This document shows positions 56,759-64,000 of a stretch of DNA of 64,000 nt, one piece after another. Within the stretch, counting starts at the first letter, position 1. Every line of letters starts with the position of its first letter. The DNA comes from Elusimicrobiota bacterium (lineage in GTDB: Bacteria; Elusimicrobiota; Elusimicrobia; UBA1565). Where the stretch lies: positions 53,023-117,022 of the forward strand of contig JBDRPD010000087.1 in the NCBI GenBank assembly GCA_043827405.1, read 5' to 3'. Made by a program: the position numbers and the translations under genes. The notes below the pieces were generated by a model. It had not been told where the DNA came from and searched no databases. It was given only the letters and a program-made list of their open reading frames with translations.

Positions 56759-58429
56759 CTACTTGCCCAGCCGCTCGAGAATAGTCCGCTCCACTCCGTC
56801 AGCCAAATCCCGGGCCTCCTCGACCAATGCTTCCGCCTTGGTCCGCGTTAGCCGGCGCCATTTTTCGTCGTCGATTCCCGGCAGGTTGATCAGCACGTTG
56901 TAGTAGGCGCCGTAAGCGGCGGCGCGGGCCATCAGGGCGGCGACCCCGGCATCGGAAAGCGAGTTGGGGTTCCCCTTCTCGGCGGCCAGGGCGGCCAACT
57001 CCAAAGTCGGAATGGTGCGCTCGAGCGTCTGCAGCGGCACCAAGGTCGCTGTTTTAGTGGCGGCCAGCAGGGCGGCGGCGCGTTCTTTTTTCTGCGCCGG
57101 CGTCTCCTTGGGCAAGCGCATCGCCGCCATCACCGCGTCGAAGGCCGCGGTGTCGGCATCGATGGCCGCCAGCTGCAGGTCCTTGAGCTTCTGCGCCGTG
57201 ACGCCGAGCTTTTCCATATCGTCCCAGACCTGCTCATAGATCCGCTTGCCGTGGGTCAGCGCCGCCACCATCGACGCCAAGGACGCCGCCAGCGCCCCGG
57301 ACAGAGCCGCGACCGAGCCGCCGCCCGGCGCCGGCGAGTCCGCGGCCAGCTCATCAATAAATCCCGTGAGCGTCATATCCGCCAACGGCATCGCGTCCGT
57401 AAAGCGCTCCTCAATAATCTTCTGCGTTGGATCAAAAGGCGCCACATCCTCCAGCCCGAAGGACTGCACGGCGCAGCGCACGATCTCGCGCTCCGAGACG
57501 CCGGTGGAGACGCCCTGCTTCTTAAGGAAGTAGCGCCCCGCTTCCACCATGACCCGTTTGGGCACCATGCCGACGATCTCGCTGCCGGTAACACGGCAGC
57601 CGAGCTGGGCCGCCAGATCGCAGCAGGCGTCGTAGACCTTATGCACCGGAGAGGCGTCGATATCGAGTATGTTGACCGTGATCTGCGCCCGGTTGTACTC
57701 GGGGATGAGCCAGCCCGTACCCTGGACGCTTTTAAACATCCCGGGCTCCTGCAGCGGATTGCCCGCGGCGTCGCGCACGAACTTGCCGTCCGGACCGCGC
57801 TGATTGCCCCCCTTCTCGCGCACGCGGTTGGCGATGCGCTTGGCGATATTGACGCTGCGCGTGTTGAGGTTGATATTGTAGGCGATCAGGAAGTTCCGCG
57901 CGCCGATCACGGTCGCTCCGGACCGGGCGTTGAACTCCGCGGGGCCGTAATCGGGCGCCCACTGAGGCTCTTTGAGCTTCTCTTCGAGAGCCTCGTACTC
58001 GCCGACCCGGATATCCGGCATGCGCCGGCGCTCCGGGCGCTGCGCGGCCTCGGCATAGAGGTAGACGGGAATCTTCAGCTCACGCCCGACACGCTCGCCG
58101 AGGCGCTTGGCGAGGTCGACGCATTCCGCCATCGTCACGTCGGCGATCGGCACAAACGGGCAGACGTCGCAGGCGCCCTGCCGGGCATGCTCACCCTTAT
58201 GCCGGCGCATGTCGATAAGCTCCGCCCCCTTGGCGATGGCGGCGAACGCCGCCTCCAGCACGGTATCCGGGGAGCCGGCGAAGGTGTAGACGGTGCGGTT
58301 GGTCGCCGCGCCCGGGTCGACATCGAGCACGCGCACGCCGGCGACCGAGCGGATCGCGGCGGTAATCGCCTCGATGACGCTTTTATCCTGCCCTTCGCTA
58401 AAATTGGGGACGCATTCGACGAGTTTCAT
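56759..58429 (-). CDS. ftcd: Fused glutamate formimidoyltransferase / formiminoTHF cyclodeaminase
   Basis: VECVPNFSEG, IDM..H.G.H, GAR.FLIAYN, GSEIVG, PAPGGGS and NV.INL motifs; start ATG 58429. Confidence 0.93.
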   Translation of the reverse strand: MKLVECVPNFSEGQDKSVIEAITAAIRSVAGVRVLDVDPGAATNRTVYTFAGSPDTVLEAAFAAIAKGAELIDMRRHKGEHARQGACDVCPFVPIADVTMAECVDLAKRLGERVGRELKIPVYLYAEAAQRPERRRMPDIRVGEYEALEEKLKEPQWAPDYGPAEFNARSGATVIGARNFLIAYNINLNTRSVNIAKRIANRVREKGGNQRGPDGKFVRDAAGNPLQEPGMFKSVQGTGWLIPEYNRAQITVNILDIDASPVHKVYDACCDLAAQLGCRVTGSEIVGMVPKRVMVEAGRYFLKKQGVSTGVSEREIVRCAVQSFGLEDVAPFDPTQKIIEERFTDAMPLADMTLTGFIDELAADSPAPGGGSVAALSGALAASLASMVAALTHGKRIYEQVWDDMEKLGVTAQKLKDLQLAAIDADTAAFDAVMAAMRLPKETPAQKKERAAALLAATKTATLVPLQTLERTIPTLELAALAAEKGNPNSLSDAGVAALMARAAAYGAYYNVLINLPGIDDEKWRRLTRTKAEALVEEARDLADGVERTILERLGK

Positions 58430-58476
58430 AAGCCGTTTATCCTCACTAAAGGGGTCCTCCGACAAATAAAGGATAG

Positions 58477-59514
58477 CTATTCCGACCGGCCGCCGACAAA
58501 GTCCAAAACCGCACCGGGAGCGATCTCATGTCCTATGTCCGGAGTCAGAACGAATTCAGCGCGACCGCCTATGCGGGAAAAAATCTTGGCGGTACGTACG
58601 AACGCCGCGTCAACGGCGGGGGTGTAGTTCCGGTCCAGCGCGCCGTATTGCACCAGAAGGGAACGAGGAGCGACCAGCCCCGCGACATCGAATAGATCCG
58701 CTTGGTCCCGCAACCCCGCGAAGCGCTGACAACCGTCATGGCGGCGGGAATTCACACAGGCATAGGAAACGAACAGCCCGGAAACAAAAACGCGTCCTAT
58801 GGCGGGATGGACCGCCGCCAGATGGAGGGCGGCATATCCGCCCAAAGAGTGACCGACGAGGCTCATCGAGCGCGTCCGAGGAAACCGCGACCGGATATGC
58901 CGGATTGCCGACAGCGTATCGACCATTACTTCCTTGAGGAACTCGCCGTCCTTCTTCCTGCGGTAGTAGGCGCGGTGACTGAGTCCGCCGACGCCAAAAC
59001 CGCCGAGGCTCCGAATACGCGGCACCAGCACGACGCGACCGGACGCGGCGAGGCGCAGTATGGTCTCGTTAAGCGCGGGCCGCATAGACAAAACCGTAGG
59101 TCCGCCGCTGCCGTGTCCATGCAGCAGGACCACGACATCAACCGGATGGTCCGCAGCGATACTTCGATCATAGACATAGAAGAGCGGCATCCGGACACCG
59201 TCCATCAGCGACTCGATTTCAACATTACTGACAGCGAGACGCTCCACCGACTCTCCGGGGAGCGCAGGCAGCGAGCCGGAAGAGATCAGCACCGACACAG
59301 GGAGCCGCTTAGAACCGATGTATTTATCGACGCGCAGCTGCTCTTCGAGCGCGTCCGCGAGACGGGTCCGCCAAACGGCGGGATCTCCCCCATCCGTAAG
59401 CACCATTTTCTCAAAGCTCAACGACTTGGGCGCCGCCGTCAGCTCGCGGCAGGACCTCGGCTGACAGCCGCATAGCAGCAGCGCCGCGACCGGCAGGACC
59501 CGGATATCGGCCAT
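58477..59514 (-). CDS. Alpha/beta-hydrolase lipoprotein
   Basis: Lipobox LCGC, LHGHG, GHSLGG nucleophile, APR.LL...G..D and GH motifs. Confidence 0.75.
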   Translation of the reverse strand: MADIRVLPVAALLLCGCQPRSCRELTAAPKSLSFEKMVLTDGGDPAVWRTRLADALEEQLRVDKYIGSKRLPVSVLISSGSLPALPGESVERLAVSNVEIESLMDGVRMPLFYVYDRSIAADHPVDVVVLLHGHGSGGPTVLSMRPALNETILRLAASGRVVLVPRIRSLGGFGVGGLSHRAYYRRKKDGEFLKEVMVDTLSAIRHIRSRFPRTRSMSLVGHSLGGYAALHLAAVHPAIGRVFVSGLFVSYACVNSRRHDGCQRFAGLRDQADLFDVAGLVAPRSLLVQYGALDRNYTPAVDAAFVRTAKIFSRIGGRAEFVLTPDIGHEIAPGAVLDFVGGRSE

Positions 59515-59636
59515 ATCTCACTTAAGCAAATATTTGCGCACGATAAAAGACCGCAAAAATAAGCACAATTTATTATTGTTTACTTTCATAGGACCTTTGG
59601 CATATAATACCTAGGCCGAACGGTTCATAAACAGGG

Positions 59637-60968
59637 GTGGTTATGAATGTATTGCGCTACGCCGGCTTGCTGGCGGCCGGATTGCTTGTCGTCTATCCGC
59701 TGAACGCCGAGGAAATCCCTTTCGACGACGGCGTCCGTGTCGCACCCATCCTGCAGAGCGCCCGCCAGGAAGCCGGCCGCGCGCCGCAGTCAACGCTCAA
59801 GACCTCCCCCTCCGTAGAAATCGTCCCGGATATGTCATGGGTAGCGATGGAGGACGCCGATGCCGACGCCGTCCGTCAGGAGATCGACCTCTCCCGCCGC
59901 GAGGTCCTGCAGCAGAAAAACGGCATCACTCTTATCCAGGTGGCGGAAGTTGAACTGCTCCATCTCGCGGACATCATGCACCGGCGGCGCAACCGCTGCG
60001 GCGGATTTTTCACCTACAGCTCAAAAGATGAAGCGCTGCGCGAGCTCGCCGCCCCCCGGGTCAAGGTCCCCGTCCGCATGTACTCGCTGGGTCAGCCGGC
60101 CGCCGTGGCGCCCATGGTGGACCGGGTCAGCGAAGCCAGCCTGCGGCAGGTCATCTCCTCGCTCGCGGGTTTCAACAACCGCTACTACAAATCCAAGGAC
60201 GGCGTCGCGTCCGCGGAATGGATCAGCAGCCAGTGGAAAGATTTAGCCAAGGGGCGCGACGATATTGACGTCGAGTTCTACCGCCACGACTGGCCGCAAT
60301 CTTCGGTGATCCTGACCGTCCGCGGAACCAAGGAGCCCGGCAAGATCCTCATTATGGGCGGGCATGCGGACTCGATCGCCGGCTACTGGGGCGGCGAGAC
60401 GGCCCGGGCGCCGGGCGCCGATGACAACGCCTCGGGCATCGCGGTCCTGACCGAGGCCCTGCGCGTAATCGTCGAATCGGGATTCCGGCCCGAGCGCACC
60501 ATCAAGCTGATCGCCTATGCGGCCGAGGAAGTCGGCCTGCGGGGCTCCAAGGACATCGCCGCGGACTTCGCGGCGCGGGGCGTCGACGTCGTGGGCGCCG
60601 TTCAGTTCGACATGACCCTCTACAAGGGCTCGAGCAAGGCTCTCTATTTCATCACCGACAATACCAGCGCCGCGCTGAACTCGCACCTCGGGAAGCTGGT
60701 CGACCGCTACGTCAAGGTCGAATGGGGAACGACCGAGTGCGGCTACGGCTGCTCCGACCACGCCTCCTGGAACAGCAAGGGCTATCCCGCGGCCTTCCCG
60801 TTCGAAGCCGAGAAGAACGGAGCCAACGGCAACATCCACTCCGCGCGCGACACCCTGGCCAGCGCCGGCGGGACGGCCGGGCACGCGGTGCCCTTCGCCA
60901 AGCTCGCCGTAGCCTATGTCGTCACGACCTCGAAGGCGGGATCGAGCCAGCTGGCCCACGCCCGCTAA
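59637..60968 (+). CDS. Exported leucyl aminopeptidase (M28)
   Basis: CGGF propeptide, NRYY, GGHADS, APGADDNASG, AEEVGLRGS, DMT, CSDHASW and IH motifs. Confidence 0.93.
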   Translation: MVMNVLRYAGLLAAGLLVVYPLNAEEIPFDDGVRVAPILQSARQEAGRAPQSTLKTSPSVEIVPDMSWVAMEDADADAVRQEIDLSRREVLQQKNGITLIQVAEVELLHLADIMHRRRNRCGGFFTYSSKDEALRELAAPRVKVPVRMYSLGQPAAVAPMVDRVSEASLRQVISSLAGFNNRYYKSKDGVASAEWISSQWKDLAKGRDDIDVEFYRHDWPQSSVILTVRGTKEPGKILIMGGHADSIAGYWGGETARAPGADDNASGIAVLTEALRVIVESGFRPERTIKLIAYAAEEVGLRGSKDIAADFAARGVDVVGAVQFDMTLYKGSSKALYFITDNTSAALNSHLGKLVDRYVKVEWGTTECGYGCSDHASWNSKGYPAAFPFEAEKNGANGNIHSARDTLASAGGTAGHAVPFAKLAVAYVVTTSKAGSSQLAHAR

Positions 60969-60977
60969 GCCGTCGTC

Positions 60978-62531
60978 TTACGGGGAGTCGCTGATTATCC
61001 AGGTAAAGTAGGGCGGCCGCTCGCAGTCCCAGCAGTAGCGGACGGCGATGCTCCTGCCGGGGGCGCAGTCATGGCTCTTGCGGGTGAAGAAGATCGGGAG
61101 ATCGATCATGCTCTCGTCCTGATCGAGTACGCAGATTTTCTCCTTTTCAATAATCTCATGCACCGCGCGCTTGCTGAGGAAATCCGCCGATTTCTCCAAA
61201 CGCCAGCCGATGCGGAAGCGCAGGGGGCGCCGCACCGCGGGCGAGGTCAGCTCCGCCCAGTAAAAGCCGTTGAGCATAACGGCGACGAGCAGACCCGCGG
61301 CCAAGACCGCGCGCCGGCGCAGCGCCGGCAGGCGCGGCAGGACGAACGCCGCGCTCACCATAAACAGAAACGCCGGAATGATGTAGTAGCGGATCGAACT
61401 CGTATGGCGAAAGATGATATGAATAACCGAATGCACGACCGGCCAAAAGACGAGCAGGCGCTCATACGGCCGCAGGGCGGAAAAACGCACGACGGGCAGG
61501 CTGCGGTAGGCGAAAAGCAGGCAGGCCCCGAGGATCGCGGCCGCCCATACATGCAGCACGGCGCTGACGATCAGCGGCGGCTGCCAGGACGCGGTCCGCT
61601 TGAAGATCAGGACGTTCGAGCCGATCTGCACCAGCGGGACGACGTGATAGGCGAAAAACACCAGCAGCCCGACGATAAAGACCCGCCGGGCATACTCCCG
61701 CGGACGCGGCTGCGCAAGCCGCTCCATGACCGCCCGGACAGCGGACTCGGACCAGCAGGCGACGAAGCCGAATAATGCGGCAAAAATAAACGGCGCCGCC
61801 AGGCACAGCGGCAGCAGCCAGAGAATATGCGCCTGCCAGAAGGCCTCGGTCAGCGGAGGCTTAAGCAGATAGACCAACGCCGACAGCAGCAGGCTCCATA
61901 GCGCGAGCTGGAAAAACCGCAGGCGCGGCCAGTCGCGATAGAACATAAGATTGTAAAACGCCGCCAGCCCCAAGGAAACGGGCACCGACAGGAAGATGAA
62001 ATGATTCCAGACGCCGATATAGACGGCGGCGAGAAAGGCGGCGACGGCGCCGAAGGGATAGCGCCGCTCATCGAGAAACAAGCGGCTGACGATGAAGAGC
62101 GCCGTCAGCAAAGCGGCCTGCAGGGCGCAGACCTCCCAGGCGATCCGCGCCGCATAAAGGAACAGCGCCGAGGTGGCCAGCAGATAAGTCCAGGCCAGCG
62201 CGCTGTCGCGGCCGACCCGCCGGAACAGATGGCCGGCCATCGCCCATACCGCCAGCAGGTTCAGCAGCGCTCCCGTCAGCCGCAGATAGAAGACGTTGAC
62301 CGAGAACGCGGTGAACCACTTCGCCACCAGCCAGCCGTACAGCGGTCCCGTATAGGTATTCATCTCGTGCGGGGTATACAGGCCGCGCGTGCGCAGCCGC
62401 TGGGCGAACAGGCCCACCCAAGCCTCGTCGCCGTGCAGCGCGGGGAATGCGTCCAGCTGATAGAATGTCAGGGCGGCGAGGTAGAGACATAGTCCCGCGA
62501 GCAGCCCGATGGGGAGCAAACGGCGCAGCAC
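60978..62531 (-). CDS. GT-C (ArnT/PMT-like) membrane glycosyltransferase
   Basis: TM1 followed by LHGDEA, P.Y, LRL, R..WE and RY motifs; many TMs; GTG 62531 follows the exonuclease stop. Confidence 0.7.
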   Translation of the reverse strand: MLRRLLPIGLLAGLCLYLAALTFYQLDAFPALHGDEAWVGLFAQRLRTRGLYTPHEMNTYTGPLYGWLVAKWFTAFSVNVFYLRLTGALLNLLAVWAMAGHLFRRVGRDSALAWTYLLATSALFLYAARIAWEVCALQAALLTALFIVSRLFLDERRYPFGAVAAFLAAVYIGVWNHFIFLSVPVSLGLAAFYNLMFYRDWPRLRFFQLALWSLLLSALVYLLKPPLTEAFWQAHILWLLPLCLAAPFIFAALFGFVACWSESAVRAVMERLAQPRPREYARRVFIVGLLVFFAYHVVPLVQIGSNVLIFKRTASWQPPLIVSAVLHVWAAAILGACLLFAYRSLPVVRFSALRPYERLLVFWPVVHSVIHIIFRHTSSIRYYIIPAFLFMVSAAFVLPRLPALRRRAVLAAGLLVAVMLNGFYWAELTSPAVRRPLRFRIGWRLEKSADFLSKRAVHEIIEKEKICVLDQDESMIDLPIFFTRKSHDCAPGRSIAVRYCWDCERPPYFTWIISDSP

Positions 62532-62532
62532 G

Positions 62533-63135
62533 TCAGCCGATGTCGAACGTGAGTTGGCTGGATCCCTTGCCCGCTTCCGGGATGAAATCCAGCATTTTAT
62601 GGAAAACCGCGCGCGTGGCGCGCACATCTTCCAGCGCGTCATGCGCCTTCAGCGGGACGCCGAAAGCTTCGCACAGCGTCCCGAGCTTGAAGTTCTCGGG
62701 GTCGATCCGCCCCCGCATCTTCATCGCCACGCCCAGGCTGATGAGATCGGCCGGACGATTATCCCACCAGGCGCCGAAGAACTTGTCGCCCTGCTCACGG
62801 AAAAATGCCCGCACGAACGGCATATCAAACGACGGATTCTGCCCCACCCACAACAGCTTGTCGGCGCGGTCAAAGCGATCGACATGGCGGCCGAGGATGC
62901 CGGTCAGCTTTTTAAACGCCGCCCCCCGCTCCGGATAGGTAAGAAGCTCCTTAATGGTCTTATTGGTGACCTTCAGCGCCTCCGGAGAGGCCTCATCCGG
63001 GCGCTCCGGGCGCATCTTGATATCCGCCTCCTCGACGACCTCTCCGTCGATCTCAATAATAAACGAGAACTGAAAGACCTCGTGAATCCTCGGATCGAGG
63101 CCGGTCGTCTCGGTATCGGCGAAAAACAGTTTCAT
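62533..63135 (-). CDS. DEDDh 3'-5' exonuclease (DnaQ-like)
   Basis: DTETTG, QN..FD and HDAL.D motifs; SD GGAGG before ATG 63135. Confidence 0.9.
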   Translation of the reverse strand: MKLFFADTETTGLDPRIHEVFQFSFIIEIDGEVVEEADIKMRPERPDEASPEALKVTNKTIKELLTYPERGAAFKKLTGILGRHVDRFDRADKLLWVGQNPSFDMPFVRAFFREQGDKFFGAWWDNRPADLISLGVAMKMRGRIDPENFKLGTLCEAFGVPLKAHDALEDVRATRAVFHKMLDFIPEAGKGSSQLTFDIG

Positions 63136-63190
63136 CGTCGTCCCTCCACGCAGAGAATAGCAAAGTTCACCGCCGCAGACCGCCGTCCCC

Positions 63191-63234
63191 TTGACAAGTG
63201 GACAGATGTACATTAAACTATGTACAAGTGTCCA
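63191..63234 (+). promoter_or_regulatory. lexA promoter with a double operator
   Basis: TTGACA(63191)-17 nt-TAAACT(63214), flanked by GGAC-N4-GTAC (63200) and GTAC-N4-GTCC (63222). Confidence 0.8.
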
Positions 63235-63265
63235 GAATTATCAATTAGCTTCATCGGGGTGCGCC

Positions 63266-63847
63266 ATGGGTGAAAAGATCTCAGCTCTCCAGCAGAAAAT
63301 CCACGATTTTGTAGCCGAATCCATTCAGCAGCGGGGCCTGCCGCCCACCATGCGCGAGATCGGCCGCCGCCTCAACATTCCGTCACCGAGCACCGTCGCC
63401 TACCATCTGAAGATTCTGGAAGCCAAGGGCTATCTAAAGCGGAAAGGCTCGGTCAGCCGGGGCATCCAGCTCGCCGAGGATCCGAACCGCCTCCCCATCA
63501 TCGGACGCGTCGGCGCCGGCAGCGGCATCATCGCCCAGGAAGACATTGAAGGCTACCTGTCGCTTGACGCCGACATGACCCGCCAGGCGAACTATCTGCT
63601 GCGCGTGCGCGGCGACAGCATGACCAATGCGGGGATCCTCGAAGGCGACCTGCTGCAGGTCCGCCGGCAGGACTGGGCCGACGACGGCGGCATCGTCGTG
63701 GCCATGGTGGAAGAGGAAGGGGTGGTCAAGCGCCTGGCCCGCAGCCGCGAGGGCTGGCGGCTGGAGTCGGCGAACCCGCGCTACTCGCCGATCACCCAGG
63801 AGTTCCAAGTGATCGGCACCGTGGTCGGCCTGATCCGGCGCTACTGA
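63266..63847 (+). CDS. lexA: SOS repressor LexA
   Basis: PPT.REI..S.STV..HL..L..KG HTH, Ala-Gly cleavage site (GRVGAG), GDSM serine, VKR lysine. Confidence 0.95.
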   Translation: MGEKISALQQKIHDFVAESIQQRGLPPTMREIGRRLNIPSPSTVAYHLKILEAKGYLKRKGSVSRGIQLAEDPNRLPIIGRVGAGSGIIAQEDIEGYLSLDADMTRQANYLLRVRGDSMTNAGILEGDLLQVRRQDWADDGGIVVAMVEEEGVVKRLARSREGWRLESANPRYSPITQEFQVIGTVVGLIRRY

Positions 63848-64000
63848 TCAGCCCGTCGCCCCGCCGCCGAGAACTTCGATCGCCTTCTTGAGCTGCGGGT
63901 CCGGCGCGGGCTCGGCGACATCTCCGCCGTTGAGCTCACGGTAGATGTCCTGCATGATCCTGCCCGCCTGCTCCGGGGTGACCTCGACGTCGATATCCGG
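63848..64000 (-). CDS. C-terminus of a probable S41 (CtpA-like) peptidase, partial
   Basis: Translates PDIDV...DPQLKKAIEVL...stop; the gene runs off the window edge. Confidence 0.6.
   Translation of the reverse strand, partial: PDIDVEVTPEQAGRIMQDIYRELNGGDVAEPAPDPQLKKAIEVLGGGATG

Noticed and set aside
62533..63847. Repressor plus divergent exonuclease as a prophage immunity region
   Set aside because: The protein has LexA-type winged-HTH motifs and there are no phage genes nearby.
1..64000. CRISPR arrays, rRNA, tRNA, IS elements, integrases
   Set aside because: No regularly spaced repeats, RNA-gene signatures or transposase/recombinase motifs seen by eye; short structured RNAs could have been missed.

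Overview
A GC-rich bacterial chromosomal window with about 52 coding regions. The lineage is probably Elusimicrobiota, inferred only from protein-family style. Housekeeping blocks are purH (5'-truncated), an oxidative pentose-phosphate operon (split tkt, gnd, zwf), ptrB, a polyphosphate cluster (CYTH, mntP, PPP-type phosphoesterase, ppk1, sixA, CHAD, pap), ftcd/M32/add, and lexA with a clear operator. The most striking element is a 14-kb translationally coupled operon (22382-36468). It interleaves rnfB-C-D-G-E-A with a 1377-aa PFOR-like protein that has lost its catalytic motifs but kept two ferredoxin motifs, a 51-aa Cys-rich membrane peptide missed by the ORF track, an intact 2-oxoacid:ferredoxin oxidoreductase alpha/beta pair, and a second PFOR-derived ferredoxin-tipped paralog. 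A second theme is a set of scattered exported proteins (tandem SLT, two ChaN/TraB-like, DUF3626-like, degenerate ABC transporter, aminopeptidase) whose upstream regions share a GGNC-N4-GNCC motif; several also carry long low-complexity leaders. Also present: an AT-richer islet (TA pair, two pilin-like genes, attC-like hairpins), an octaheme HAO-family cytochrome, an atypical second transketolase, and many apparently leaderless genes. No rRNA, tRNA, CRISPR array or intact transposase/integrase was seen. All calls come from motif recognition by eye; no database searches were run.
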